From positions 95,294,001 to 95,358,000 of the forward strand of contig OZ320316.1 in NCBI GenBank assembly GCA_976226885.1: a stretch of 64,000 nt of DNA, given 5' to 3'. Under the pieces are notes generated by a model that saw nothing but the letters and a program-made list of their open reading frames with translations, was not told the DNA's origin and did not search any database. Of the stretch, positions 46,601 to 59,013 are shown one piece after another. Both the position numbers and the translations under genes were made by a program. The first letter of the stretch is position 1, and every line of letters starts with the position of its first letter. Origin of the DNA: Iphione sp. A-MEVVRFRX5. Taxonomy: Eukaryota.

Positions 46601-49600
46601 GCAGGTTTGAGCTTATAGAGCAACCGGTTTTGTCCACATTGTAGGTATCCTCTGGGTTATATCCCTGCAGCTCTTTTCCCAACGTGGCTCAGCCATCAGA
46701 GACAACACAACACTCCATTTGTCTGTGCAATTTGATGTGGGGTCAGTCTTTGAAGTGGCAGATCCAGCTATGAAAGTATGAAATCTTTGAGTATGGAGCT
46801 CCTCACCAAGCTGCCTAGCCTTTTCCATAAGCATGTCATCACTAATGGTTGCCTATCTGCTTTCGACTTCCCATACCAGATAATCAATGCATGCTTCAGC
46901 TGGGAGAGGCAGGGTGACTGTGAATGACATAGCTGGCTGTCTCTAGTTCCCATTGATTACTAATGAGAATATATGATTCAGGGCAATCTCTGAGCATGTC
47001 GGGTGAGCTGCCTTATCTTCTTATAACACTTCTTCAGTGTATTGGTCATGCAGATTCAATATCTTTTCTTAGTTGGCTGAGACATGGTGAATACTCCATG
47101 GCAAATGATATAAATCACTAGAAGGGTACAGTTCGTATCATCCCCCTTGCACTTTAGTGACCCTACACCTTATCTAGACAACACAATGGCGGCAGGAGGA
47201 CTTCCATGGCACACCCTCCTCTTCTGCAGGCTGAAACAATCTGATGTTAGTGAGATGCTCAGAGTTACTCTGTGAGTGAGTGGTGGGAGGATTATCCAGT
47301 TGATTACACAAGGGAGGGACACCCACCACCACCACTGGGCAGCCTCTGTTGTCTAAGTGATTAAGAAGTCATGGTATTGAGATTCTAATGCCCGCAGTAT
47401 CAAAGCAGCTGACACTGGCCTGACACTTTCCATTTCCCCAACTTGTGATTTCCATTATGAATTAGCTAAACATGGCTTGAAATACACTCCTAATAGGGAT
47501 AATGATGTCTGGTTATATAGTTCATTTTAACTGAAAATTCGTTGCTCCTAATTTAGGGAATCCCCATGGATATTAGAAATTCTTATCTGAGTATTTGGGA
47601 GTAAGAGAAAGAAGTATTTCACCAGTGATAAGTGCTGATGATGGTAATGTGTTATTGGAGAGGGACAGTGCTTATAAGATGAACGAGTACTATATTACTG
47701 TTGTGAGTAATAACCTAGATATACAGGATAATATCTCATAATAGTATACTAGTTTGGGTATAGACGTCATTTTAGGAAGATACGATCAGTTAGAAGGGCT
47801 GGAATTCAATATAGATGAGTGGTGTATGGCAACTGTAGAACTGCCAGATAATAAGGCATCAAGCTTTTAGATGGAAGGAAGCAATAAAAGTCCCAATACA
47901 TAAAGGCAAGTCTCTGTCAGAGATGAAAAACTTTAGGCTTGTTTGCCTATTGCCGGCCAGTGTAAAATGTATGGAGAGAACGATAAATATAAGAATACAC
48001 CAATATATGTAGTCGAGAGATCTTTTCTGTGAATAACAATATGGCTTCCATAAAGGCAGGGGGGGGCCAGAAATTGCTTTGGGAAAACTATTGTAATGAT
48101 AATAAAAATAAACAGTGAACCAGTAGTTCAATGCTTCATAGATTTTTCAAAAGCCTTTGATTCTGTAGAAAAAATATTGTTGGAAAAGATGATCTGCATA
48201 GGACTGAAAAATCTAGTTAGTTGAGTAGATGCTTATCTCTTAGGAAGGCAACAGCTGGTTAGGGTGGGGACCGAGTTATCTGTAAGCCAGGGGTCGATCC
48301 TGGAGTCAACATATACTTATAACCTACATAAACGACCTCCTGGTAAAATTATCAGGTGGCATCTAGTGCTTAATATACGCAGGTGATCTCGTGTTGATAA
48401 GTAGGGGTAAAGGTCCTTTGGGGGAAAGAGTAAAACTACATAGGACATTATTTCAAGTATTAAGGTGGGCTACGTTGAATAGAATTATGGTGAATGTTGA
48501 TAAACGAAAGTGTTTACACCAGGCTGCAGGCATAAGCCTCTGGAACCATAGCGAGTAGGTGATAGGAAGTGGGTAGCTTTAAACATTAAGGTAGTGATTG
48601 ACAATAAATTGAGCTAGGAGATGTTTATAAATGATCTCATTAAGAAGGGCTATCATAAGCATAGTATCTTCCTCAAGATTAAGAATAAAGTTAACACAGT
48701 TATACTGAGACAATGAGTACAAACCTTGGCAGACCAGTATTGGATTATGGGTTGTATGTCTTACCATCATTAAAGGGGGAGCCATAAGCAACGTAATGAC
48801 AATAAGACGCAGGTTACATGCCTTATATACGGGTGCGGAAAAGCCCTCAAGAGATATGATTATCAGGAACATGAGTAGGACAACATCAACAGCACAGCTA
48901 AGAGTAATCTATGTGAATAATGTGCTGACCTCATACAAATACAGCCATAATGCAGTGCAATGATTTGGAGTCATACACATGGGTGAGAAAATTTGAGAAA
49001 TATCTCAGGGCCTTAATTACAAGAATCCTGTTATTATCAAGGTTGTAGACAACGGATGGCTTTAAACAGGATGATACAATATACACCTATTCATTTAGTG
49101 GAATAGTTCAGAATAAATCAGTTTAAATAACAAAGAATTTAAATATTTCACATCATTAGTTTTGTTTATTACCTTTGTATCCTTTGGGATGAAATATCCA
49201 TTAATGTGTGTATCCAGCACAGTATAATGTGGTAAGTTGAGCGGAACAATTGAGCTATAGCGAAGGATCTCAAGAATGGTTGCCTCAGTATATGGGAATG
49301 ATGATCTATCAGTCAAACTCGGAGGTTGTTTTTGAATGACTCTGGAGATCTCATCAGCTATAGTTTGTTGAACATCCTGCCTATTAACGAGGACAGTGAC
49401 TAGGATGCCCATTGTTTCACTGGTTGTTGCTGTGCCTGGGATTGATTTATTTTAAAAGCATTACTCTTAAGAGTTACCCCTACAGGGAATGCATCATTTT
49501 TTACTTTAAATGATAATACCAGTATCAAACTTTTGAATAAGTAGCATAAACAACTTTAAGGAAAAGTACTTGTATTGTTTTCTGTATGTATATTTCCACT

Positions 49601-52108
49601 GTATAAAAAAGTATTCCAAAGTATAAAATGAAGCATCAGATAGACCAGAATAATCCAAGTTTACAGAGTAGATGTAGATAAGGGAATTTAAACCTATCTC
49701 AGTTGCTAGGCTTATTATAGCATGCTTGTAATTCAATCTACTAAAGCATCTTTGACCCAATATATTTGGCCGACTAGTTCTGACCAACTATATATATATA
49801 TATTATTTTATATAGCATGTTGAAGGATAATATTTTTGAATTTAGCCCCACTTTAAGTTAATGAGGCTAAGGGCCTTTAGAAATGCTTAGACAACAATCA
49901 TCTCTCGAACTTTGCTGTGATTCATTGATATTGTGTAGCATAACAGCTTCTTGGCATTGTAATTACTTTCTTCCCCTCATTAGCAGTCACTTAATAACAA
50001 TTTTGATATTGGAGCAAAAGCCATCAATTCCTGCGCTAAAAACGTAGTTAGCTGCAGGTAAATTCAGTCTCCTGGCTATGATCACTACTTTCTTATTAAG
50101 AAGATCTATGTCAAAGTTGTTATAGCTCTTTACAACTGCATAGCTTGAATATTTAGTAAGTTTCTGTGCATGATCCAGTAAAACACCCATCTCTCAAGCT
50201 GCCCAAGGGCTGAACCCCAAAATATTTTATTTTTTTATGTTACATTGGACCTTCTTTTCATTAATTCATGCAATTATTTGAAAACATTAAAAATTAATGC
50301 AAATATCCTAGCAATATCTTCTCATTCTTGAACAGGTATACAGTTGAACCTTTCCTGGTAAGGTTAGTCTTCTGTTACAAAATAATAATCTTCTTATCAT
50401 CTTTTATTTAAGAGAGTTTATATTGATATAAATTAGAAACATTAGACTGTTCTGGTATCGGGGCATACCTGCAATTAAGATATCTGTAACAATTCCTTGT
50501 ATGTCATCATTGTTTAGTCTCAAGTCTGATTGCTTCTCATCTGCAATCCTCTGCTCATCGAAAAGACCATCAATAAAACATTGAGGGTCACCTGGCAAAT
50601 GCTTCTCCTGACAAAAGGTATGTAGTAAGAGATTTTATACATTTGATTGATAATATGCTAACATATATTGAGTAAAGATATTCCAAGATTTTGTTGGTGT
50701 GTCTACTATTTATATTCCAAGATTCCTCATAACCTTCTGTAATGCCAAGATGCCAATATTTTGTGCCTTATAATTGTGTAGTCAATCACATTGGGGATAA
50801 TTTCATGACAATTTGTAAAGATATATATGTCAGTAACATGTGAGGAAATACCTACCTTTCTTTCAAACATTTCAGTAAGATACCAAGCATCTATCTGTTT
50901 ACGAGTTTCATACATTATCTTTACCATTGGTAGTGGTAAAAACCTTAACCAAGGGAAATGATCCAAGATAGCATACTTCCCTTCAGGTGCAATGATGGTT
51001 TGAACTTTTTCTTCCAAATCTGCCAAAATTGCAACTTTTTCTCTTGATTCTACTTTCCCATAGACCTTGAATAGAAACATTGATCAGTTATTCTCTATAT
51101 TCACAGGAATTTATAGGTAAGCAGCTTCTCTGTGTAATTTCTTGAAAACTGAATTAGAAGTGATAATGTAAATGATATATTCTGGCCAATTAACCATATA
51201 TCCAAAATTATAATCAAATGATTAAACCTTTAGGTCTGCTTACAAGAGATGTTATAATAGCTGTTGTACATCGATGAATTATTGGAACTATGTTAAAAGA
51301 TTCATTTTTTTGTGATACTTCATCAAGTTCCTCTAACATTTTCTCAATTAACCGCAATGTGAGTCTCTCAAGGTTGATCATATTGTCCCCATACATCTAG
51401 AAAAGATGAATTGTGATATTAAAAATATTTGTCATGAATTTATTTCTCACTTTATTGCTCTGTCATGAAAGGAATATCTGTTGTAATTATCATTCAAATA
51501 CTTCAATATTTTTTTCTAAATATATAAGCTCAATAAACTAAGAGAACACTATCAATTAGAGATCATAACACATTGTGTCATATACATAGAGAACATAGTC
51601 AAACCTTTAAAATAGACATAGTTATCTTTTTCATATAGATCCATTTTGGAGTGAAAGAAGTCAATGAAATATCATCACAGCTGCCAACAATAAAATGATT
51701 CCTGAAACTTGGTGGTCGCCCAGCAAAGTCATTGCCCCTTTTAATCAAGGCTTCATAGATGGTATCATAGCCATTAAGAACCACAACATTTTGTCCAAAC
51801 ATCTGAAAATATAAGCTTATTTTTGAAAGTGTCAAAAAATTGTTAAATCAATCAAATGATTATGGTGACAAAATCAGTATGATTTGTCATAAGATATGTT
51901 TTGAAGAACTTACTTTTATCCTGAAGATATCTCCATACTTCTTTGCCCATTCTGTTAGAGTTTTGTGTGATCTGTTTTTTTCCAGTTGGAAGACATTTCC
52001 AAAATATGGCAGGCCTAAGGGACCGGATGGAACTGTACATTTCTTTTGCAATAAGAACCTTCCCAGCAAAAGAATTAGAGCAAATACTCCCAGTGTAACA
52101 ATCATCAT
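40654..52108 (-). CDS. Cytochrome P450 paralog B (clan 2), 8 exons, 497 aa, with an 8.1-kb intron 6
   Basis: Exons 52108-51914, 51802-51605, 51396-51244, 51065-50856, 50607-50469, 49435-49173, 41085-40958, 40861-40654; GT-AG; 1494 nt, open; same exon sizes and phases as paralog A except a 3-nt shorter last exon; EILR, PERF and [15 protein letters not shown] motifs. Confidence 0.9.
41500..45673 (+). mobile_element. CR1/L2-group LINE copy antisense inside CYP-B intron 6
   Basis: ORF2 above; about 770-bp 3' region ending AATAAA (45650-45655) + (ATTGA)3; the 5' boundary is uncertain, and no ORF1 or TSD was recognised. Confidence 0.7.
42191..44899 (+). pseudogene. LINE ORF2 (APE endonuclease + RT, CR1/L2 group) with two in-frame stops
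   Basis: YNIRSL, LTETWL, GGGLAIY, GVYRPP, GDLN, SDH endonuclease motifs; [32 protein letters not shown]-terminal motifs; TGA 44048-44050 and TAA 44468-44470 interrupt a single frame. Confidence 0.93.
45850..47090 (-). mobile_element. Degenerate pogo/Tigger DNA transposon (CENP-B HTH + DDE_1)
   Basis: Fragments [24 protein letters not shown]...[30 protein letters not shown]; several stops and frameshifts. Confidence 0.85.
47550..48950 (+). mobile_element. Heavily decayed LINE RT fragment
   Basis: [12 protein letters not shown] (48132-48167), [19 protein letters not shown] with stops and frameshifts; boundaries approximate. Confidence 0.7.
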
Positions 52109-53414
52109 CAGATGGTTCCTCACAGAAATAGTCCTACTTACCACTAAAGAAGTAAAATAAAATGAATGCACATATAAACAGCCAATTTGCCCTATTATGC
52201 ATAGCTTTCAAATCTATTAGACTTCTTTCAACTTGCAGTTTGAGATAGCAATGGCTACAGTAGAATTATTTGAAATGCGATATATAGCCATCTTGCTTTT
52301 GTGATAATCAGACTGTTCAGCATTCATACAGGTGGTATATAACTATTTATGAAAACACAGTTATCTGTGTCAGCAAAGACTATGACATTCTAATAAAACA
52401 ACAATTTGGATTTGCTACCTGGAATTGCAAACTAAGTCCAGTAGTTATGACTGTTGTAGCATATGATTTGGTTCATATGACCAATGCTGTTGGTAGATAT
52501 GACCGGGTAGGACTGGGGGTCACTGGAGAGGGTAGTCATAACTACCAACAGTCAAATATGCCAAATGAGGCAGTCATATAATATTATACCGGCCGTTCTG
52601 GTCATATGAACTGAACAAATTCCATGCATTTCTTAGTCAAGTTATGTCCATACACATTGGTTTATATGACCTAAGGTAGTTTTGACTGAGTCATCACCCA
52701 TCATCCATCATCTATCACAGTCATTATCAAACAATTATGCAAACAATAAGAATACATGCATTCTAATCCATTTAGATGTGAAATATTATAGACAATATAA
52801 ATTAGAAAGGCAGTACCTACACATAGACAGCCACATTGAGATAACACATCTCACTGCACACTCGTGAAGATAAACTACTCTGATGCATCCTTGAGTAGAC
52901 TATGGACCCTGATTGTATTGAAGGCCTGTTTACCTGTCTCACTTTTTAGTTATGTGGAAATTTGATTTCCAATACCGCTTCAGTGACCAATACTATAGTT
53001 ATAGATATTTTCTTTGTGCATGATATCTAGATTATTTTTCACTTAGTGGCTGAAAATATCTGATCTTTTTTCACTGGTAGAGATTTGCAGTATAAGTTCA
53101 TTGAGAAGTAAAAGCCCTAAACTTACAGAGTCAAACCTGAGGAAAGCAATTCTTTATGTTTATTGACTACAATGTTAGGGCCATTTGCAGATGGTTTAAT
53201 ACATGTACGTACAACTGTCTTTTTCATATCATTCAAGAATAAAGGCTAAAGGCTATAAAAAAAATCAGGACTATTCTTTTCTAACAGTGTGTGGTACCAT
53301 GTATCAATGGAGTGAGTGCAGGGGATATGTACATATATATGTATATATACATATAATGAATGATGAATAGTTAATGAGATCCTATCCCATAGGAATCTGG
53401 GTCAACTGTAGATG

Positions 53415-54060
53415 ACATGTGGGTGCTACAAGGGTAAAAGTGGGCCCATTTGTATTTCTAATATTTGTAATCAACCCACCACTAAGTCTGAGATACTGTC
53501 AATGTTACATCCACGATGATGATGTAGCATTGCTCCTGAAATCAACAGAGTGGTCAGAAGCTAGGCATGGCCTGCAAAGTGATTTAAACATCTAAGTAGG
53601 TGGGCAGATAGTAATTTGTATTCATGGGTGCAAAACTAAATTCATGCAATTTGAGAATAGGAGGGTAGCTATAGGAAGCTTTTCACATCAGTTTCATATA
53701 GTTTAATAAGTCGTAATTATGGTAGATCACGGGTTTTTAAACATATTGGGATATTTCCATACAAGAGGGTAGCATTGACAGTAATACTCAGCAGTTCACT
53801 TCCTGAATATGGAAGTTTTGTCGTAACAAATTTGCAAAGTGCCAAAATCCAGAACGAAATCAGTCTACGAAGGGCATATATTATTGTCAAATAGGCATGT
53901 CTCCAGGTCTCCCCCAAACAAGGCGTGAGAAAGTAGCTGAGATGCAGAGTATTTTAGAATCTGTAATACTTAGAGTGAGATACACAGTTGTGGCATGCTA
54001 TATCTGAGACTCAACTGGATTACCACATTAACTGTACGTGGATAGGAAGACCAAAACATT
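53415..54060 (+). mobile_element. Decayed LINE RT C-terminal fragment
   Basis: VLQG / VGPFVFLIFV and YIHDDD-like remnants of the PQG-GP-LF-YADD region. Confidence 0.45.
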
Positions 54061-54329
54061 GTCACTTTAAAATACTTAATTTAACCAGCACATCATTTTC
54101 CATATCTGGTATGTATTTTAAGCCATGTTTTAGCTAATTTATAATGGAAATAAACACAGTTAGCTGAAGGCAGATAACCAAAGTAGGAAATGCAAAGTGC
54201 CAAGCTGATGGTGGAGAGCCTCATTGCTGTGACTTCTTCCCAGCATTTTATAATGAAAGGGATAATCTTAAGACCACTCATTGGCGAAGTAACTTAGTGT
54301 ATCGAACTAACAATAGATTAATCCCATTA

Positions 54330-55290
54330 TTGGTTATCAATGGGAACTGAAGATCACGTTGTTTATGGTTAACCTGCCTCTCCCAGCTCAAGCATGCATT
54401 GATTATCTGGTTTCAGGGTATCTGGAGAAGAGGGGGAACCATCAGTGATGTCATGCTCATGGAAAATAATAAGCAGCCGAACGAGGAATACCATATTCAA
54501 GTATTTTCATACATTTGTGGCTGGATCCATTCAAAGAGTGACATCATATCAAACCTTACACCCAACATTTGGAGTCCACCAGTGTCAAGGCCTGTGTTGT
54601 CTCTGATGGCCAAGCCAAGTTCAGCCACTGTGTCGGTGAAGGGTGAAAAGGAGGCAGATAACCATCCCTCCCTGTTGCAAATGCAACAGGGAGTGAGGCC
54701 CTTTCTGCTAGGAAGGGCAGCAAGACCCAGAAGTCTTTGACCCTGGAATGTATGTCCATTACAGGCATAATCAGAAGGTCTGAAGACTTCCCTCCTGTGG
54801 AGAGAATTCCTCCACAGGATGGACACCATGGTCAAGGAACAGGGTAGACATTACATCCTACTGTATTATAATGCTGGCAGCCACAGATTATCTCTGAGGT
54901 TCAGCAACATCACCCTGGAATACCTGCCTCCCAAAACCACTTCCAACATTCAGCCTCTGGATGCTGGGATCATTACTTTTTTCAAGGCCCTATATAGAAG
55001 GAGGCAGCTAAGACACTTTCTGGGGTGTGTCGAGGAGAAATAAGCCAATGACTGCAGGCCTCAGGAAGGCCATTTTCATGGTACATGAGGCTTAGTAGGC
55101 AGGCAGCTCCACCATCATCTAGAACTGCTGCAGACATGCAGATATCCTCCCTGGGGTACCCAGATCTGTGGAAGATGGTGGGGTATGGAGAGGAGGGCAT
55201 GCCTCTATAACTCCAGACCCTTCTCCAGTCACTGCCATCTGAGGATTCCAAAGTCTTGATGTCAGCAGGGGAGTACACACAGGTGTGCTT
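54330..55290 (+). mobile_element. Second degenerate pogo/Tigger copy, same family as 45850-47090
   Basis: LLYYNAGSH...[32 protein letters not shown]; DNA blocks shared with the reverse complement of 46.2-47.0 kb (e.g. ATCAATGGGAACT, CCTGCCTCTCCCAGCT(C/G)AAGCATGCATTGATTATCTGGT, GTGTTGTCTCTGATGGC). Confidence 0.85.
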
Positions 55291-55869
55291 CACTGCAAAG
55301 AGCTGAGATAAGATATTGTAACATGTCTCTGGTATTCAGAAAGGATGATATAAAGAATGTCCACACAGCAAAGTGGTTTCGGTGTGCTCTCGTCCAAGTG
55401 CAAATGAGAACTGTCTTTATTCAACATAATATGGCCCTTACATACATAGACTGGCTCTAAAATTAGCCACAATGATATAATGGCACTTCTAAAATTAGCA
55501 ACAATTCACACCTTTTCCTCTGATTCCTCTTTGGAGGAGTTTCTATAAACTTCCAGTCGCACTTTACCAGGCTTTTCCCTTTTGGAAGATAATATTAAGA
55601 ATGTTAAGGTCTACATAGTGTGTTCCAAGTTGATGCTACATCATTACCATTTTCATATTAAAAACGGATGAAAACTCATAATATTGATATCTCAAAGACA
55701 TGCACATCATATTGATAATTGTAAGTTGAAAAATAACTATTGACATCAAAAGCATATTGATAACAAAGAACAAAGTTTACGAATTATGTATTTAAATGTC
55801 TGTAAATAAGGAATAAATTGTTATAAGTTATTACTTCGATCAGTAAATATATACTTGACTGTTTTATAT

Positions 55870-56010
55870 TAAGCAAATTTTTTTTATATTAAGCAAAACC
55901 TGGTTAACCTCGACATTTCGTAGTAATCATTTGACCCAAACTGAGTATACAATGCTTAGAGTGGAAAGATGTATTAATAAAGGAGGTGGATTATTAACTT
56001 ACATGAAATC
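55870..56010 (+). mobile_element. LINE endonuclease relic
   Basis: KTWLTS...YTMLRVERCINKGGGLLTYMK resembles the APE ETWL...DR...GGGV..Y motif. Confidence 0.45.
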
Positions 56011-57438
56011 TTCCAAGATAAACCTATTACTTGAATATTATGACTGAGGCCAATGAACATTTATGTGTTTAATAATTTTTTATCTAACCTAACCAAACTA
56101 CAATGTCATAGACATGTTATTATAGGATGTTATCTGAAAGTTGTGATTTATTACTATATTCTAAGCCTGTATCATTCTAGTATTACTTAAATATTATGAC
56201 TAAGGCCAATTTATATTTATTTATTTTATAATTGCTGTCTACTCCACTGGTTCTTGGATGTGATCCTTCACAGAACACTGCACTGATCTTTTCTTGGTTG
56301 GTGGCAACTGTTTTGGTATAGCATTCCTTGGTGTGATCCTCCTCGGAGTGGTATCCAGGTTATTGTTTACACATAAGGACTGATGAGTGACTGATGAGAT
56401 GTGGTCTATATGGAGCTAAACTGATGTGACCACAGCAAGGAGTAATCTGCGTGGATTGCACTTGGACTGAACAAAGTGATGCTTTCTTGCTATTATATGG
56501 TACAAGGAAGCAATAAACTGGACGTGGTCCTTCTTTAAATCTCTTTTCTATTTTAATTTGTGACGGTTAGAATGATTACTTAATGTCTGTATTTGGTAGA
56601 GCTTTAAGTAAGGGGAGGTTATCCAACTCTTATCTATTTCTAATATTAAAGAGGGATAACTATGTATATTGATTATTACTGACTCATGTAGAAGTTGATC
56701 TTCGAGCACACTGGTAAAATATGTGCTATCCTGTCTATAAAATATAGATAAAATTTTAAATACAAAAAATACAAATACAAGCTGTGCCTACCTGGGTGCT
56801 CCTGAGCCTAATAATTAGTATCATTCTGAAGCATCTCTCTTTCAGTTCTATCATGCTGTATGCAACTTTTAGAGCAGCTGTAGTGTTTAGCCTCTTATGC
56901 TGAATCTTTAGCAAAGGAATCTTTTGGGCCAACACACCTCAAACATATTGTCATAGGTAACTATGAGTTCCTGTACTTTCTATGGCTTTATTATAGATCA
57001 ATAAAAAAGGGACGCCAATGTTTAGTCAGGACTTGCTGAATAACATACAGTTGGTTTCTGATGAATTGACATCAATATTGTTGGTTTCACACTGCCTGGT
57101 AATCTTGTCCAGGTCATCCTGGATTTCCCTAAAAAAAGTGCCAGGATTTAGGCTTATTTTCTCCCTTAGATTCATAGCGTTCGTTTGATATGTACTTCCT
57201 TAAATTTGGATTATTAAAGTGGGTGAATTTAGTTAAAATGCCCCTTTATCTCTGTTTAGATTTAATTTTCTGTCATGAGTTCCAATAATAAAAAGCACGG
57301 TATATGTTGTACTGAGGCAAGGTTTAAGTCTTAACCAACACTCTCTCACTCAGGGGTTCTGGATGGCAGCACTAGTATGCCTGGGACTTTGACATAGGTG
57401 TTGGAGACTGCCCAGGATTGAAAGAAGGGTAACACCTA

Positions 57439-58115
57439 CCCAATTAACACACAATGAATCTAAAATGTTGTAGTTTGGTTAGTTAGAAGAAACCTTGACA
57501 CAACATTGTATAAATGTTAGATCATAACATTTAGGTAACATTATAATGTAACGTGTCTAGAATGTTGTAGTTTCATAAGGTCAAAAAAAGAGCTTTCCAC
57601 AACATTGTATTAACACGACCTTCAGATAATATTACATAATGATAATTATGTCTATACAACATTGAAGTTTGGTTAGGTGACAAAATGTTTTAATATAACA
57701 TATAAATGTTAATTGGCCTAAGTAATATTATTTGAGTAATATTAGAACAAACAAGCCTAGAATATTGTAATGAATCACAACCTTCAGATAACATCCCATA
57801 ATAACTTCTCTACAATATCGTAGTTTGGTTAGGTTAGAAAAAAACGGCAATTTATTAGAAGGTAAAATAGCTCAGTGGGTCAGGAGGTGGACTTAGGATT
57901 TGGGAAAGTGGGTTCAAATCTTGCATAGGGAAAGGAGAATTTTTAGTTTTGTCATGGTATCTGGAAAGTGTTTTCCCGACATTTCACTGCAATGTTGTAA
58001 ACACATTTACAAAACATAACCTTTTTATGTTGCTACAACATTATACAATGATGTTAACACAACCAAAACATGAAGTTGCCACAACATTGTGGGCAACATT
58101 ACCTTGTTTGCTGGG
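57439..58115. mobile_element. Non-autonomous DNA transposon (MITE) with ACAAC/ATGTTGT internal repeats
   Basis: TA|CCCAATTAACAC ... TGTTTGCTGGG|TA imperfect termini; multiple ACAACATTGT, ATGTTGTAG and GGTTAG motifs. Confidence 0.55.
57861..57932 (+). pseudogene. tRNA-derived fragment (A and B boxes) inside the MITE
   Basis: TAGCTCAGTGG (57868-57878) and GGTTCAAATC (57911-57920); no convincing acceptor stem, so not called as a tRNA. Confidence 0.4.
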
Positions 58116-58937
58116 TAAACCCCAAATCCCTAATCAGTGCATTGTGAACAAAATAAAGGTCTGTACCCACTGGTTTTTTTTTCCATTTTTGGGGCACATC
58201 TCTTGTTGTTGGTTGTTTGTGCAGAGTTCCCAAGATGAGGGGAGTAAGGTCTCAGTAGTTGGAGTGTTAACAGTGGGTTTTCTTGGTAGGACTATTCCCC
58301 TAGTACAGGGAGGTAGGATATGTGCTTATAATGAGGGCAGAGAGAGTTCTTGATATAGATTATATCAGTCCAGTTTTTAAAAAGGCTTAGCAGTTTAGGA
58401 AATAGAGTGAAATGCAGTTGTAGGAGTTTTAGTGAAGACAACACCAATGAAGCAAGTGAAAGTCTCCAAATTAATAGCTTACAAAAGAGCTATTGCCACA
58501 CAGTTTGTAGATGCACAATGTGAGGCTCTGATGCATCTTCCCCAAATGTTTGTGTACAAATACCTTAATACTCACTGGTTGAAGTGACCATCAAAATGAC
58601 AAGGGTTAACAGGAAAGGCCAGGTCCACAGAGACCTAGTGTAATAATCTAGTACCTGAAGTAGTGACTGTAGTCACTAATTCTGTCTGTGAAGATACTTT
58701 GTGGTTTGATAATAATTAATGTCACAATATTCCTGGTAGGATACAAGGTTTTTAGTGGGACAAGTTGAACAAGTCTTTGAATGGGTCAATTTGAATTGAC
58801 CAATGTAGTGGTTGAATCAGAGTTAGGAGAGTGAGTCGGAGGGTGGCTCATCTGCTCCTACAGAGACACTGCATCTTGGGGAAAAGAAATCCAGGGGAAC
58901 AGCCCATGTCTGTGAGGATCCAGTGAAAAACCTCATA

Positions 58938-59013
58938 GAGAAGCTGTCCTTGCTGCTTCCTGCCTACAAGCAGGAGAGAAGCTGTCCTTGCTGTTTCCTG
59001 CCTAAAAGCAGGA
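58938..59013 (+). repeat. 38-bp tandem duplication
   Basis: GAGAAGCTGTCCTTGCTG(C/T)TTCCTGCCTA(C/A)AAGCAGGA x2. Confidence 0.9.
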
